DNA of 63,068 nt, counting the filler, from Reticulomyxa filosa (Eukaryota; Protista; Foraminifera), in the NCBI GenBank assembly GCA_000512085.1. It is 25 parts of 25 records of this genome, joined end to end, with 100 filler letters (N's around TTAATTAATTAA, not from the genome) between each part and the next. Parts side by side here need not be neighbours in the genome. Positions count along the whole stretch, not along the records: positions 1 to 2,767 come from ASPP01026875.1; positions 2,868 to 5,795 come from ASPP01019981.1; positions 5,896 to 9,281 come from ASPP01040156.1; positions 9,382 to 10,456 come from ASPP01047952.1; positions 10,557 to 12,117 come from ASPP01006554.1; 20 more parts are not named here. The stretch is one strand, 5' to 3'. Under the pieces are notes generated by a model, which was given only the letters and a program-made list of their open reading frames with translations, did no database searches and was not told the DNA's origin. The position numbers and the translations under genes are program-made. Position 1 is the stretch's first letter. Each line of letters starts with the position of its first letter. Positions 1 to 12,117 of the stretch are shown here, in pieces.

Positions 1-651
1 AATTAAACTGTATGACTGCGACCGAAATTTCTCCAACTCCTGATACTTTTGGGCGCAAAAAACGGCAAAGTACGTTTGCAAAGACTCCAAAATCAAAACC
101 AATTGCTTGCGTTTGTTATAAGCAAAAATGCTTGTGTTGACCGAGGCAACGTACAACGTCGTGGTTAAGAAACAGGCCAACCCACTGCATATCATTGCGA
201 CCACGTGCAATTGGTAAAAATGACTACGATATACATATCCGACGTATAGTTCGATCGTCCCCAAAATTATGCAACACACGCAACTTACAAATATTCGGAT
301 GTTTGGTGTCATAAGTCCTCCGGTGTCCACAAGGTGAGTATCAAATGCATTCATATTATGAACAGATGCGGTTCCTGATTTCTCTTGACGTGGCTTCTTA
401 AATATTAACCCATTGCCAAATTGTAATGGTGCCAACACAAACGTGCAAAATGTAAATGCTATCGAGATATATGCCAAAAACAAAAATATTGGGTAGTTCT
501 CCAACTTGGCTTGACAAATCCAGGTCAAGTGCACTACCGGGCCTGTTATTGATACCAAGTTGCAAATAGATATGGCCCGTGATCGAACACAATCATCCAT
601 ATAGTCCATGCATTTTAGCAATGGACGCCATAGGCGCCTCCATCTATCCAT
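1..651 (-). CDS. Multi-pass membrane protein of unknown family, 3'-truncated by the window edge (absent from the ORF track)
   Basis: Manual translation gives a stop-free frame from ATG at 651 to base 1: MDRWRRLWRPLLKCMDYMDDCVRSRAISICNLVSITGPVVHLTW...YPIFLFLAYISIAFTFCTFVLAPLQFG...IRIFVSCVCCIILGTIELYVGYVY...LHVVAMICSGLACFLTTTLYVASV. It has about 4 hydrophobic segments and higher GC than the flank. Confidence 0.65.
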   Translation of the reverse strand, partial: MDRWRRLWRPLLKCMDYMDDCVRSRAISICNLVSITGPVVHLTWICQAKLENYPIFLFLAYISIAFTFCTFVLAPLQFGNGLIFKKPRQEKSGTASVHNMNAFDTHLVDTGGLMTPNIRIFVSCVCCIILGTIELYVGYVYRSHFYQLHVVAMICSGLACFLTTTLYVASVNTSIFAYNKRKQLVLILESLQTYFAVFCAQKYQELEKFRSQSYSLI

Positions 652-2767
652 GATAGATAATTTGAGCCTAATGCGCTTATCAGCAAAAAACACTATGAAC
701 CCTTAAAACTCACGTTTTTTCTTCATTGCAACGTTCCATTTCGCTTCTCTTACAGTTATTTCCTTGTTGAAATAGAGAATACTCTTTTATAATAAATGGA
801 TCATGATTTACCGTACAAAAAAATAACAGAAAATCAAGTACTATCGGGTGTATGCAGATGTAATTAAGTGAAATTTCAATTATCTCATTTAATAAAAAAA
901 AAGTAGCATCACTTTTGCGGTGTTTCAGTTTGAATTTTCAATAGGGTATAAATTGGGCCTTCTTACTGGAAGTGCTTTCATCCTCTTCTTCCAATATGTG
1001 TGATTCGTCTGGTGCTGTGAGGACATTATTCTGCGGCTGCTTCCTCCTCCAGATCACTTGATTTCCTTCTCATCAAATTATATTTATCATAAAAAATTTC
1101 TAAATTTTAATATTTTAAAATCGAAGTCGAAAATATGTAAATAGATCAATTTGGTTCACTTGTGTCTTTGAAAAAAAACTGATAACTGCACGTGGTAACG
1201 TGCAACAGACTGATTTAGAGTTAGTGACTAAAAACGTGTAGAAAGATGTTTGCTCCTCCAAGAAATGACCTATGACAACAAATGAGACTGAGAAGAACTG
1301 TCTGAAGGAAAAGGAAAAGGAAATTGACATGTGAATTTTGTATACTTTGTTTTTGAGAAAAAGGGATTCGTTCAACTGTTATTGATTATTTGTAATTTCT
1401 TCTTCAATAAAAAATTACATTGAATATTGTTAATACCTCATAAATATTGTTCCTTTTTTTTTCAAAATTGAAAGAAGTTTTATTTTGCAACAAAAAAGGG
1501 GAAACTTTTGAAAACGAGCTTTTTGAAATAGTCGAAATTGCGTCATTTCGTTCCTAATTGAATACTACTTTGTAACTTTGTTTTTCTCTGTCTCTGCTAA
1601 AAAAAAATACTGGACATAAAACTGGGTCACAAAAACAATGAACAGTAGGTAAAGAAAAAGACTAATAACGACAAATGATGACAGAACAAGCATTGACAAT
1701 GAACAAGAGCAGATTGAATATAACGGATGAAAGTCGAGTCACATATTTGCCACACTCCTTTCATTGAATGGAAAACTCACCGAATGTGAGTAACAATGGT
1801 CGATACTACCTTTACAAGCACTTTGACAATTGGCCATAACAGCACAAATCATAATTGCAAGAATAATAATCACAATAACAATAATCACAAAAATAATGAA
1901 ATAAGGATAAATAATGGCATTACTATCATTGTTGAAGATGAATATAATGATGTTGAAAATTGAGTATTAATGTCCGTCGCAAGGTGAGTATGAATATAGA
2001 TATGGATAAATATCAATTACAACCTGTTCAACTTTCTCGTCGAGCAATTCAACTCAATCATAAGGTACGTTCAAATTTCAAATCATTACAACATTGAGGT
2101 CATTGTTATATTCATATTATATATATGCATATGTGTATATGCATATACAATTTATTTATTTATTTCGTTCACATTTGGAAAACAATAATTATAATAATAA
2201 TAAAAAAGATGGCGATTGATGATACATTGAATGTGCAAAACAAAGATTATCAATTTTTGAAATCATTCGCTGTGAACGTATGGACAGCAATGGCAATGAT
2301 ATAGTGCAATCTTGTGGTTGTGGACGGCAGAATTGCAAGATAAAAACTCGCAACCCGCCATGAAGTTGTAACTTATTAAGAATGAGTCAATATGTGGACT
2401 ACATCATCTTTGCAGAGTCGACTAACTGCCCATCATATCGGTATGACAATCAAAACTATAATTATGATTATGGCAAGACATTACTCTTTGAATGCCAAGA
2501 TCGAGCTTTGGGACTTGGTGTGTATATTTGTTCATTGATCTAAGTAAAATATTTGAAAATACACAACATTGATTTTATTGTAATGAAAATATCAAATATA
2601 TTTATTATATGTTAGACTTTTGGAAAAAGATTATTGGATTGTAACGGCAACATCGAATAATTTAATTTGAAGAAAATATATTGAATATAAAGTTATATTC
2701 ATTATTAATTATTAATATTATTTATTAAAATTAAAATTAAAATTAAAATTAATTAAAATAATCAAAA

Positions 2768-2867
2768 NNNNNNNNNNNNNNNNNNNNNNNNNNNNNNNNN
2801 NNNNNNNNNNNTTAATTAATTAANNNNNNNNNNNNNNNNNNNNNNNNNNNNNNNNNNNNNNNNNNNN
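2768..2867. other. Artificial 100-bp contig spacer (44N-TTAATTAATTAA-44N); first of 24
   Basis: Identical spacers start at 2768, 5796, 9282, 10457, 12118, 14391, 17900, 19000, 22603, 24943, 26265, 27524, 29963, 37219, 38329, 40143, 45670, 47825, 49231, 54382, 55762, 58864, 60442 and 61690. The 12-mer puts stop codons in all six frames. ORFs are cut and base composition can jump at spacers. Confidence 0.99.
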
Positions 2868-5100
2868 CAGGAAGCAAGAAGATAGAGATGTGGAGGATGA
2901 TGAATAGAGAAGCCCAAATCGCGTTCCGACTAGTTAAAAAAAAATCAGTCAGCAGGCTTTGTCGAGTCTGGCTATGAAACCATTGTTTATACATAGAAAC
3001 TCGCAAAGTCGTCACTCGTGGACGTTGCCTAACTTCCAATATCGCGCCTCAATAGAAAAGTATAAACGAGTCCGGCGTTTTCAAGTAGTGGCAGCCCGAA
3101 ACATTGGAAATAATATTTACTCTCAACACAGCGCACAAAGGTATCTGCTGATACTTGTTGGCGCGGCAAAGCACCAACGGTGTCGAAATGCGATCTATCG
3201 GCACCAACGAGCAATGGGCCGTTATGAAAATTGTGCTAAATTTGTGAATGCAGAGATTGCGCACAATACGACTAGTTTCAGCACAAGTGCTCACATTCAG
3301 AATTTTAGGTTTTGAATTGTGCGTATATTTGTTGGAGAAAACTCGACTTCGCGAAACATTGGAGATTGTTTATAGGTGAAAAAAGAGATATGCTGGTTGT
3401 ATCTCTGACTCCGTCTCTGCAAGAGTTGCGCGCCTTGTGCTTGTCGGGAAAGAGCCTATTATCTTTGCCGAACTGCTTCCAGAAACTGCGAACGACATGT
3501 TGGCAAGATTCCTCCAGATCAGTTCCAAAGAAGCTAAACCTTGGAGCCGCCAGATATAAAAGCAGACTCGCCAGGAAGAAAAAAAAGAGAACGACGGTAT
3601 GGTGCAAGTAAAAAAGATGTAAATATTACGTTGCAGCAACGGCGGCATCGACTAGATTGGTGAAGAAGTTGGAAACGATGGAAAAAAAAAAAGAAAATAA
3701 TTGGTATCTTGATCGAGGAAATCACGCTACATTGGATGAATTAGCCCATGAAAGAGTAGTTGAATTTAGTTGCTCGAAACGCACAAGATACCTGGCAAGC
3801 AAGAAGAGAAAGAGTATGAAAGTGGTGATTTGTTTAAAAAGGGGAGGAGGGAAAAAAAAAAACAAACAGCTGCCATCTTTATTGGCTTTCGTTATGGAAT
3901 TGCTTTTTACGTCGGAAACACGCAAAATCGCCAATCGCATGCGTATGTTAACTTCACATAACGCGCCCTAATGGAAAATATGGGACGAATATGACAATGT
4001 CTAGCAGCGATAATCCGAAGTCCCAAACGCAAGTCTCTGGCGCTTTGCCATGTCAACAACTATCCGCAAAGGTGATGTCCAACTTCAATCTACTAGCTCC
4101 AATGACCAAGGAAAACTCTATCGTTATGGAAGTTGCGCTACTTTTATAAGCGCAGCACAACAATCAAAACGCAGAAATTATGCACCAATTGAAACTAGTC
4201 GTATATGTGCAAATTTTTTGAATCATATGCGTGCTGATGAGAGAAATCGTAAGTTCGCATGCAATCTTGGGCATTGATAATTGGTGGACATAGAAAGATG
4301 ATCGCATTTTCTGACTCCACTACTGCAAGAGTTGTATGCCTTAATTTTGTCGAAAGAGCGCATATAATCTTTGCTGAACTGCCTCAAGGATAGATTATTG
4401 ACTACTAGCGACGTATTGGATGGCGATCAAGAAAGCAGACGAGAAGAACAACAGAGAATACATCCAAAAAAAGAAGTGCAAATGATACCATTCATCATCA
4501 GATCTCAATCCAAAAATTATTGAACGGACGTATAGTGATGGATGCAAGAACTTCCAATAGCGACAATGATCCAAGAACAAAGTGTTTATCTCATTATGGG
4601 GGTGACGACAGCGAATGAATTTGGTGTTTAGAGAATATCCATTGTATGGCTGCATTGAAACAGTTTACCAGTTCAATCGTCAACGATCTGGATCTTGGAG
4701 CTGTCCTGTCTGACTACAAGGCGAGCTTGTCAAAAAGAAAGAAAAAGATGTGGCAATATCGCGCAAAATGTAAACTATATTGATATTACGGTATCACAGC
4801 AACAGCAGTAACTGGATTGGTAGAAGAAACGAAAGAAAGACAACAAGAGGATGTGGACGTTGTGGGGAATAGGTAATCACATATGATCCGTCGAGTTAGC
4901 CACTTTCACATGGAACTATCCTTCCAGTATCGTGACTCAATTTGGTGGAAACTCAAGTTGATATCATCATTAAGCAAAGATGAAGACAGGAGGAAGATGT
5001 GACGATGAATAGAAAGAAATCCGAGGATACCGCGTTGAATTTATTTTAAAAAAAGAAAAAAGATCGTCTTCAACTTCAGTTATGAAATGACCCTTCACAC
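2868..5100 (+). repeat. Degenerate ~1.0-1.15 kb tandem duplication (about 2.3 copies), probably decayed coding sequence
   Basis: Matching blocks: TCTGACTCCGTCTCTGCAAGAGTTG...ATCTTTGCCGAACTGC (~3405-3476) vs TCTGACTCCACTACTGCAAGAGTTG...ATCTTTGCTGAACTGC (~4310-4382); CTTGGAGC...GATTGGTGAAGAAG (~3540-3668) vs ~4695-4828; and ~2885-2980 vs ~4993-5088. Confidence 0.6.
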
Positions 5101-6505
5101 CCGCGAGTGGCTTTACGCACTTATATATGGACCAATTTCACATAATGCGCCCCCAATGGAAGTTTATTACCAGGTGTGACAATGACAAGTACAGCGCCAG
5201 TGACGCTTATAATGACGACGACAAAATACAGTCCATGTCATCTTTTACTCTGTTGTTAATTTTTTTAACACATTGGACTGTCGTTGTTCGCGCCAATATT
5301 TGGGTTATTTTACGATTTAATTTGTGCACTGAAGAGCTAATGTGTGCGCATTTGTTACAAAAGGAACAACGTCGTGCCAGTCGACAATTGGATCGACGAT
5401 TCAAAAACCAGTCCATTATTTGTCAAATCAAGAAAAAGCTTGGATATTGGTAATGTGTCGGTGACGCTGGTCTCCTCCTTTTCACACGGGCTTGCTGTTA
5501 TTTCGATTGATCATTTATGTGCGCCTGTTCCAAGTTTCTTTTACCTGTCGTTAAATCATGTTTGGGTCCATTGCTTGAAAAAGTTTTTTATATATACAAT
5601 TTTTTTTGTATGTACATATTCAACAACTAATAGTAACACAACATCTTTATACGTATATTGATTATTTATTTGTGTGTATGTGATATTTGTTGCTTCAAAT
5701 TTTTTAATAGATACTTCAAGGGTATCAATGAAGTTTTGTGATGTGGATGGCCACATTTTTGCTGTTTGCATTGCCATTTGTGCTGCAGTGAGTTCNNNNN
5801 NNNNNNNNNNNNNNNNNNNNNNNNNNNNNNNNNNNNNNNTTAATTAATTAANNNNNNNNNNNNNNNNNNNNNNNNNNNNNNNNNNNNNNNNNNNNTTTTT
5901 TTTTTTTTTGAAATGCTGTCTGTGCTTTGCTGCAGTTGTTGACTGGAATCAAGGCACAAGTGTTTGTTTTCTCTGCTTATGAATGCTTTTTTTTAAAGCG
6001 AGGTTTTGAAGGAAACTTGTTTTGGATGGACAAAATACTGAAACAATGATTTACGTTTGTTGCCTCAAATAGCAGCCATAATTGGAGAATATTAAAAGGA
6101 CAAAAATAGTAAAAAGGGTTCAAATAAACGATATAGTTTTCTTTTTTGAGCAATTCGTGAATCAGATCTAACACGACATTTACTCTTCAAAAGAAGTTTT
6201 TTCAAAACATCAAACTAGTAAAAAAAAAGGAGTTGCTGTGGATTAATATTCTTTATCATATGAAAAAATTCGACTTGTTTATTATATCTTCCTGAAAGGA
6301 TACCTCTCTTCAATTTTGACATTTGACCACCAAAGTTTAAAAAAAAAAAGAATTATTTTTCTTGAAAAACAAAAAACTTAATGTTTCTTTCTTTCTCATT
6401 CGACACAAGTACTTCAAAAACGCCACGTTTCTGAACTTTGTCCTTTTTTAAAATGGAGTTGAGATCCCTTTTGCATTTATTCAAAGAAAAATCTGGTCTT
6501 AAAAG

Positions 6506-7950
6506 ATGATGTTTTTGAAAGTCGAAAATGAACAAAATAAACTGGAAAATAAAAACGAGACATTATCCCTTTCTGGTTGCTTTAATAAAGAATGGCTCTC
6601 GTTGACCAATAAACCACAAAAATTAAGCATGTTAATTTGCTGTGTTTGCAATCAAATTGTAAATAATGCAATGGAATTGCATTGCGATGAACACGAGAAT
6701 GCAGAACATGTTTATTTGGTAGGAGGAGAATGTCTAGAAAAATATTTGGAGCAAAATAACGGGAAATGTCCGATTGAACAACATAGCAATTGCAGATCCC
6801 TGCAAAACAAAATTGTGAGAAAATTCGTGTCTGAGTTATTGGTGATCTGTCCCCGACAATTTGAGTTGAAAAAAAGAGGATTAAATGAGGAAATAAAATC
6901 AGAAGAAAAAAAACATGGAAATGAATTGGATTTGAAAAGCGATTGCGATTATGAAGGAAAAATAAAAGAATTGAAAGATGATTTAGATAAATCGTGTAAT
7001 TTGATTTTTAAACAAACAAATTATTCCATTTGAAATTAAAAAGCAATGTAATGTGATGAACAAAAAAATTAGAGAATTGCAAAATACTGTCAAAGATTTA
7101 CAATCGCAAATCGAAAAGATGCAAGAGAATGACAACGAACAAAACAAACAAATTGATAATTTAAAAATATGGATTATTGGAAAAAGATCAAACAACGATT
7201 GCATTAGCAGATAACATCCAATAATTTAAAAAAGAGATTGGCCAGTACAATGTTGAACTTAAAAAATAAATGGAACAATATATCAAGTCAAATTTGAAGA
7301 ATTTAAAAGAATGCAATCAAAATACAATACTCAACAACTCAAATCTCAAACGAATGCATAGTGAAACAAAGGCTGAAAAAAGTGTATTTGTTCAAAAAAA
7401 TGGCATATTTATGGGCAAGCAAACAAATATGGAATGATAGATTTCAACTATTGTTGCAAATATTCTTGGAAAAAAAACATGGACAAAAACGATGATAACA
7501 TTGAAGTGTAATGGTCAAAGATAATGAAAGAATTGGATATTCCGCAGTGGAAAATAGGTGATACAAGACTAGATATTCAAAATTATATTTATTGATATCT
7601 TCAAAACATTGCAGATAATGATAATAATTGTCAAGTAAAAGTATTAATAAAAATATTGAACAATAATCCAAGTTTGCAATTATTAAGCTGCACTACATTG
7701 TGTTTGTGTTTATTTGTTATCTTGCAAGACAAGAAATGAATGAAAGGAAAGAAGGTCAAATGAAAATCATAATATTTGATGAATTAGATAATATATCAAT
7801 TTCAACATTATATAAAAAATTTTTGGAATGCCATATGAAATGGAATTAAAGAAAAACAAATGAACAAAATATTATTTTTGAAATGAAAATTGATTATTTG
7901 TCACATCTTGCATGGGAAAGATTAAAATGAGGATAAGCATTCATTTCTTG
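6506..7950 (+). pseudogene. NLR-like pseudogene: RING/TRAF-like zinc finger, coiled coil, decayed NACHT
   Basis: ORF 6506-7033 has CCVCNQ...LHCDEH...GECL...GKCP..H...VICPRQ. A frameshifted heptad region follows, then a Walker A remnant (..KSVFVQK-MAYLWA, ~7372-7417) and helical-domain text (STLYKKFLECHMKW, IDYLSHLAWE) broken by stops. Confidence 0.7.
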
Positions 7951-8414
7951 TTAAAATGAAAATTCATGTAGATGTACTGCAAGTACATCTCATGATCTCG
8001 AATTCATTCTATATAATTTGTTAATATTTTGTTAGATTAAATATTATTTCTTCATAGAGGAAATCAGTATCTCTAAACAAAAAAAAGCTAGGACACACAA
8101 AAAATAAAAAAAAATATTTTTAATCCTCACTTGGTTTGATCACTGCCATTGTTGCATGCAAGCACACTGACTTTTTCCAAATCCTTTAATTATAATGTAT
8201 TTGCATGCAAGACGCATCGCTTTTCTGAAATAAGCACTCCATCATTATTATTACACATACACATGCGGTCCTCCATTCCATTACCAGAATTATGGTTATT
8301 TGTTTTGTTTTCCTAGTCAAATTATACACTTTTTTTACTTTAAAAGGGTATTTTTAATGTATTCCACCTTTTAAAAAAATCTAAATTGCTTCATAGTTCC
8401 TTAACATTAACAAC

Positions 8415-9281
8415 ATGAGCAACGAAATTTTTCAAACTTTGAAGGAGTTGCCCAAACCGCTTTGTAGAATTCAATGTGTGTCACACAAACATGAAATCCT
8501 CATTTGTGGGGCTGATGATTGTAGATCTTGTTATTCTTATCATATACTCAAAAACGAATACAAATTCATCTGTGAGTATCCAAGTAATGTTACATTAAGC
8601 GGGCACTGTGTAGTGAAATTATCAGATAACAACAACAAAGACAATAATCAAATCACTTTGCTGTCTTTTGGTGGAATAGGCAGCCATACGTTGGTAATGA
8701 AATATGTAAGTATTTGGAGTAATATATCAAATAAATCAGATGAATTGAACAATTATAATAAATGGGTTCAGTTCACAGATAATCACGATCATCCAATTTT
8801 TATTAAAAGAAATGATTATGGTTATGTAGGATTGCGTGCAGTGGTTGGTGGAAGCAATAATCATTTGTTATTTATCACTCATCCTTCACAAGCTATTAGC
8901 GTGTTTGATTTAAATACATTTCAACTTATTAAATATGATACTTTACCAACTACTAAAATGATAGACTATCATTGCTTTGTATTAAATTCAGAAAATGGAC
9001 AAGGACAAGAAATGATGAAAACAAATCAAGAACAAAATAAAAAAATTTATCAAATGCTGTTGTTTTGTAGAACGACAGGATTATCAATTGAATATGATGA
9101 AAATAACAATATTTTTCAATTTCATAAACTACCTGTTTGTAAAGGTATTGCACAATACTATCGTTATGCATATGTGTATATTAATGATGCAATCTTATTC
9201 TTTGGTGGATATGGTAATGGTGTTATAAAATCAGTGCATAAGTATTCAATTCGAGAAAACAAATGGATTGCATTTGAAAAC
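8415..9281 (+). CDS. Kelch-repeat beta-propeller protein (3' truncated)
   Basis: Intronless ORF with Kelch-type GG..Y/W blades: LLSFGG, AVVGGSNNHLLFI, ILFFGGYG...VHKYSIRENKW. Closely paralogous to the C-terminal part of the gene at 58964-60441. Confidence 0.85.
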
Positions 9282-9618
9282 NNNNNNNNNNNNNNNNNNN
9301 NNNNNNNNNNNNNNNNNNNNNNNNNTTAATTAATTAANNNNNNNNNNNNNNNNNNNNNNNNNNNNNNNNNNNNNNNNNNNNCCGTATTAAAAACCGAAAA
9401 ATAAACAAGTCCGATAAATCCGTTGTAATAAGATGAATCAGGCTTTTATTTTTTTGATTGAAATCGTTTTCATTGCTTGCTATTAATTAAGTAGAACGAA
9501 AAAGACCAATTGATTAGAAGTTTTGTATTATTGCACTGAAGAATATATTTAGAAAGAGAAAATTCTATCTTTATTGTTTGATTGTACCACAACATCAAAT
9601 TTTCCTGAAAAATAACAT

Positions 9619-10456
9619 TTAAGCAAAAATACATCCATTGAAATAGACATTATTTTTTTGGATTGCCAATGACAATAAAATTACATTATTTTTTATTCCC
9701 TCTTCCATACATTGGAGCAAGCGAGCTGGTTGTTGCTCATCCAAGTTTAATGTATCAAGTACTTTGGTGCGCAAAAAATTCAATGAATCCATTTGTCGTT
9801 TATTAAATTTTGATGACATTGTTTTGAGTATTTTTACATATGAAAGAAAAACATAGCCATCACAATGATCGAATCTTTCTTTTAAAAATTGAAAAAATTC
9901 ATCCAATTTTGTTTCATCCAATTGTAATACTATTCTTCTAAGTACACGAATATATGAATCATAATCTTTATTTTTGGTACTCCACATAAAAAAATTGTCT
10001 GGATCTAATATATTTAATTGTGATAAAGGTTTTTCGATTTCTACATCATTATTCATAGTATTGAGTTTATTCCGCAAACAATCAAACAACTTATTTAATT
10101 GTGTCTTAGTTAATTGCAATACTATTTTTTGAAGTGTATCTGAATATGATTGAAGAATGTCATCACTTTTATTATTGAGTCCATTCGATAAAAATTCAAA
10201 TAAATCATCTTTTTGTTGTTCGTTCAATTGTGTGAACATTATCCCGAATATATGTCTACATAAACGACGAACTCAACAATTTGTGTCCTCAAATTTATTT
10301 TTTGACCAGTTTAGTAAATAATTCGGTTGTGTTTCATTAAATTTCAGTGCTATCATTTCAAGTCCTTTGACACATGACGCACAAACGTTATCGGATTTAT
10401 TATTAATTCCATTCAATAAAAATTCAAATATGTCATTTATTTGTCGTTTATCCAAT
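9619..10456 (-). CDS. HEAT/ARM-like helical repeat C-terminus of an NLR-like gene (frameshifted; possibly a pseudogene)
   Basis: About 39-aa repeats QxxDxFEFLxNGLNNKSDxxxxSxxxxLxxIxLxLxxxQ across ORFs 10273-10455 and 9619-10239. The same repeat type follows the NACHT domain at 34060-34820. Confidence 0.65.
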
Positions 10457-10603
10457 NNNNNNNNNNNNNNNNNNNNNNNNNNNNNNNNNNNNNNNNNNNN
10501 TTAATTAATTAANNNNNNNNNNNNNNNNNNNNNNNNNNNNNNNNNNNNNNNNNNNNCAAAAAAATTAAAACAAAGACCGATGTTTTTCAATCTTTGTTAA
10601 CTT

Positions 10604-10629
<26 letters not shown>

Positions 10630-10634
<5 letters not shown>

Positions 10635-10925
10635 AAATGTGTAATGCGAATTTGTCTCTTCACTCGGACCAAATGAATCCTTGGCTGCAGCTGGGTACTG
10701 GTTTTGAACTACATCATCACTGTCTATATTCAATACCAATGTCCCCCCCCCCCACCACCACAACAACAACACACTGTTTCCCTCCGTTTTGAGGGCCCTC
10801 TGATCTCATATTTAAGTACCTTGTTTTGCAAGACTTTTACGAGCTTCACGCAGTTGACGTGCATGCTCTCGCTGCTGTGCTTTCTTCATCACATATTCTC
10901 GAATTTTATCGTCGGTTGAGAGAGA
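10630..10925 (-). CDS. Exon fragments of an unknown gene divergent from the RhoGEF
   Basis: Minus-strand frames STDDKIREYVMKKAQQREHARQLREARKSLAKQ and VQNQYPAAAKDSFGPSEETNSHYTF are each followed by GT donors (GTACTT, GTAAG). Confidence 0.4.
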
Positions 10926-11355
10926 CATACTTATTGGTTGAGCCGTGATAAGTATTTTCAAGCCAAAGTGCACCTCGTACAAAGGAAGACACAGTCAAAA
11001 AAGTGTGCTCTCAACAGCGTCTTTCTAAATTCTATTTGAGCTTGTAAAAATTATTAAAAGGTTAACCAACTGTCTTCTTTTTTAAAAAGAAACGAGAAAG
11101 CCGTTTCAAATAAAGTACATCACGAAGCAAAAGTTATGTCTTGTAGTCCAAAGTATTGAACTAACGGCTTGAAAATGGAAAAGCAAAATGTAAATAAAAA
11201 GACAGCGGAAAATACAAATAGACTACAAACAAAGCTTACTTTATAATATTTACTGACAAAAAAGTAATTGGAAATACGTTTGTGTGGAAGGAAAGGGAGA
11301 GGAAAAAAGGGTTTGTATTGAAGAAATTTTAATGGTTGGGTGTTAATTCTCACAT

Positions 11356-12117
11356 ATGGCATCTCCCAGACGGCCAAGGGTCAAACCTCCCCCTCCAAAA
11401 AGCAGAAAACTTGTCTCACCACAAAGAAGCAAAATAGAGTCGCCTTCCAAGTTACCACAGCAGAAAAGGGAGGAGCGACGAGAAAGAGTGATAAGTGAGC
11501 TAATCGAAACAGAGGCCAACTATTGTCGTTCATTGAATAAGTTGATAGACTACTGTGTCACCCCATTGAAAGATTACAAAATAATTACGGAACAGCAACA
11601 CGACACGTTATTTTCTCAATTAAAAGTAATAAAGCAATTGTCCGAGACTTTTTTGCAAGGTAATGTTAACATGAGCCAAGAGAGATGGAAAATAGGAAGT
11701 GAATGCGAAACAAAGCAAAGCAAAACAAAACAAAACAAAACAAAACAACATAAAACAAATGACAACAAAACAGATTTAATGGAGCGAAGAAAGAGTTGGG
11801 ACCCAAACAAGAGTCCATTGTCAGATTTGATTGGGCAATTTGTGCCCTATTTTCGAATGTACCAACAGTTTCGTTTCTCATAAATATGTGCATAAATAAA
11901 TATATAATTCTCCCTCTCAAAATCAAATCAGATATATGAACAATTATGACAAGGCCATTGCATTGATGAAGACACTGCAATCCAAACAGAAGGTATATAC
12001 ATATATATTTTTTTATAAATTAAAAAAAAAAAAAAGGTGAGAGAGGATCACTAATGTGAACTTTTTCTTTTTTCAAAAAAAAAAGTTTAATGAGAATATG
12101 ATGCATGTGCTTTGTTG
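11356..12117 (+). CDS. Dbl-homology (RhoGEF) domain protein, 5' part, multi-exon
   Basis: RERVISELIETEANYCRSL...LFSQLKVIKQLSETFLQ, intron 11660-11773, DLMERR...FVPYFRMYQQ, intron, YMNNYDKAIALM. These are the canonical DH conserved regions, preceded by a Pro-rich N-terminus. Confidence 0.9.
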
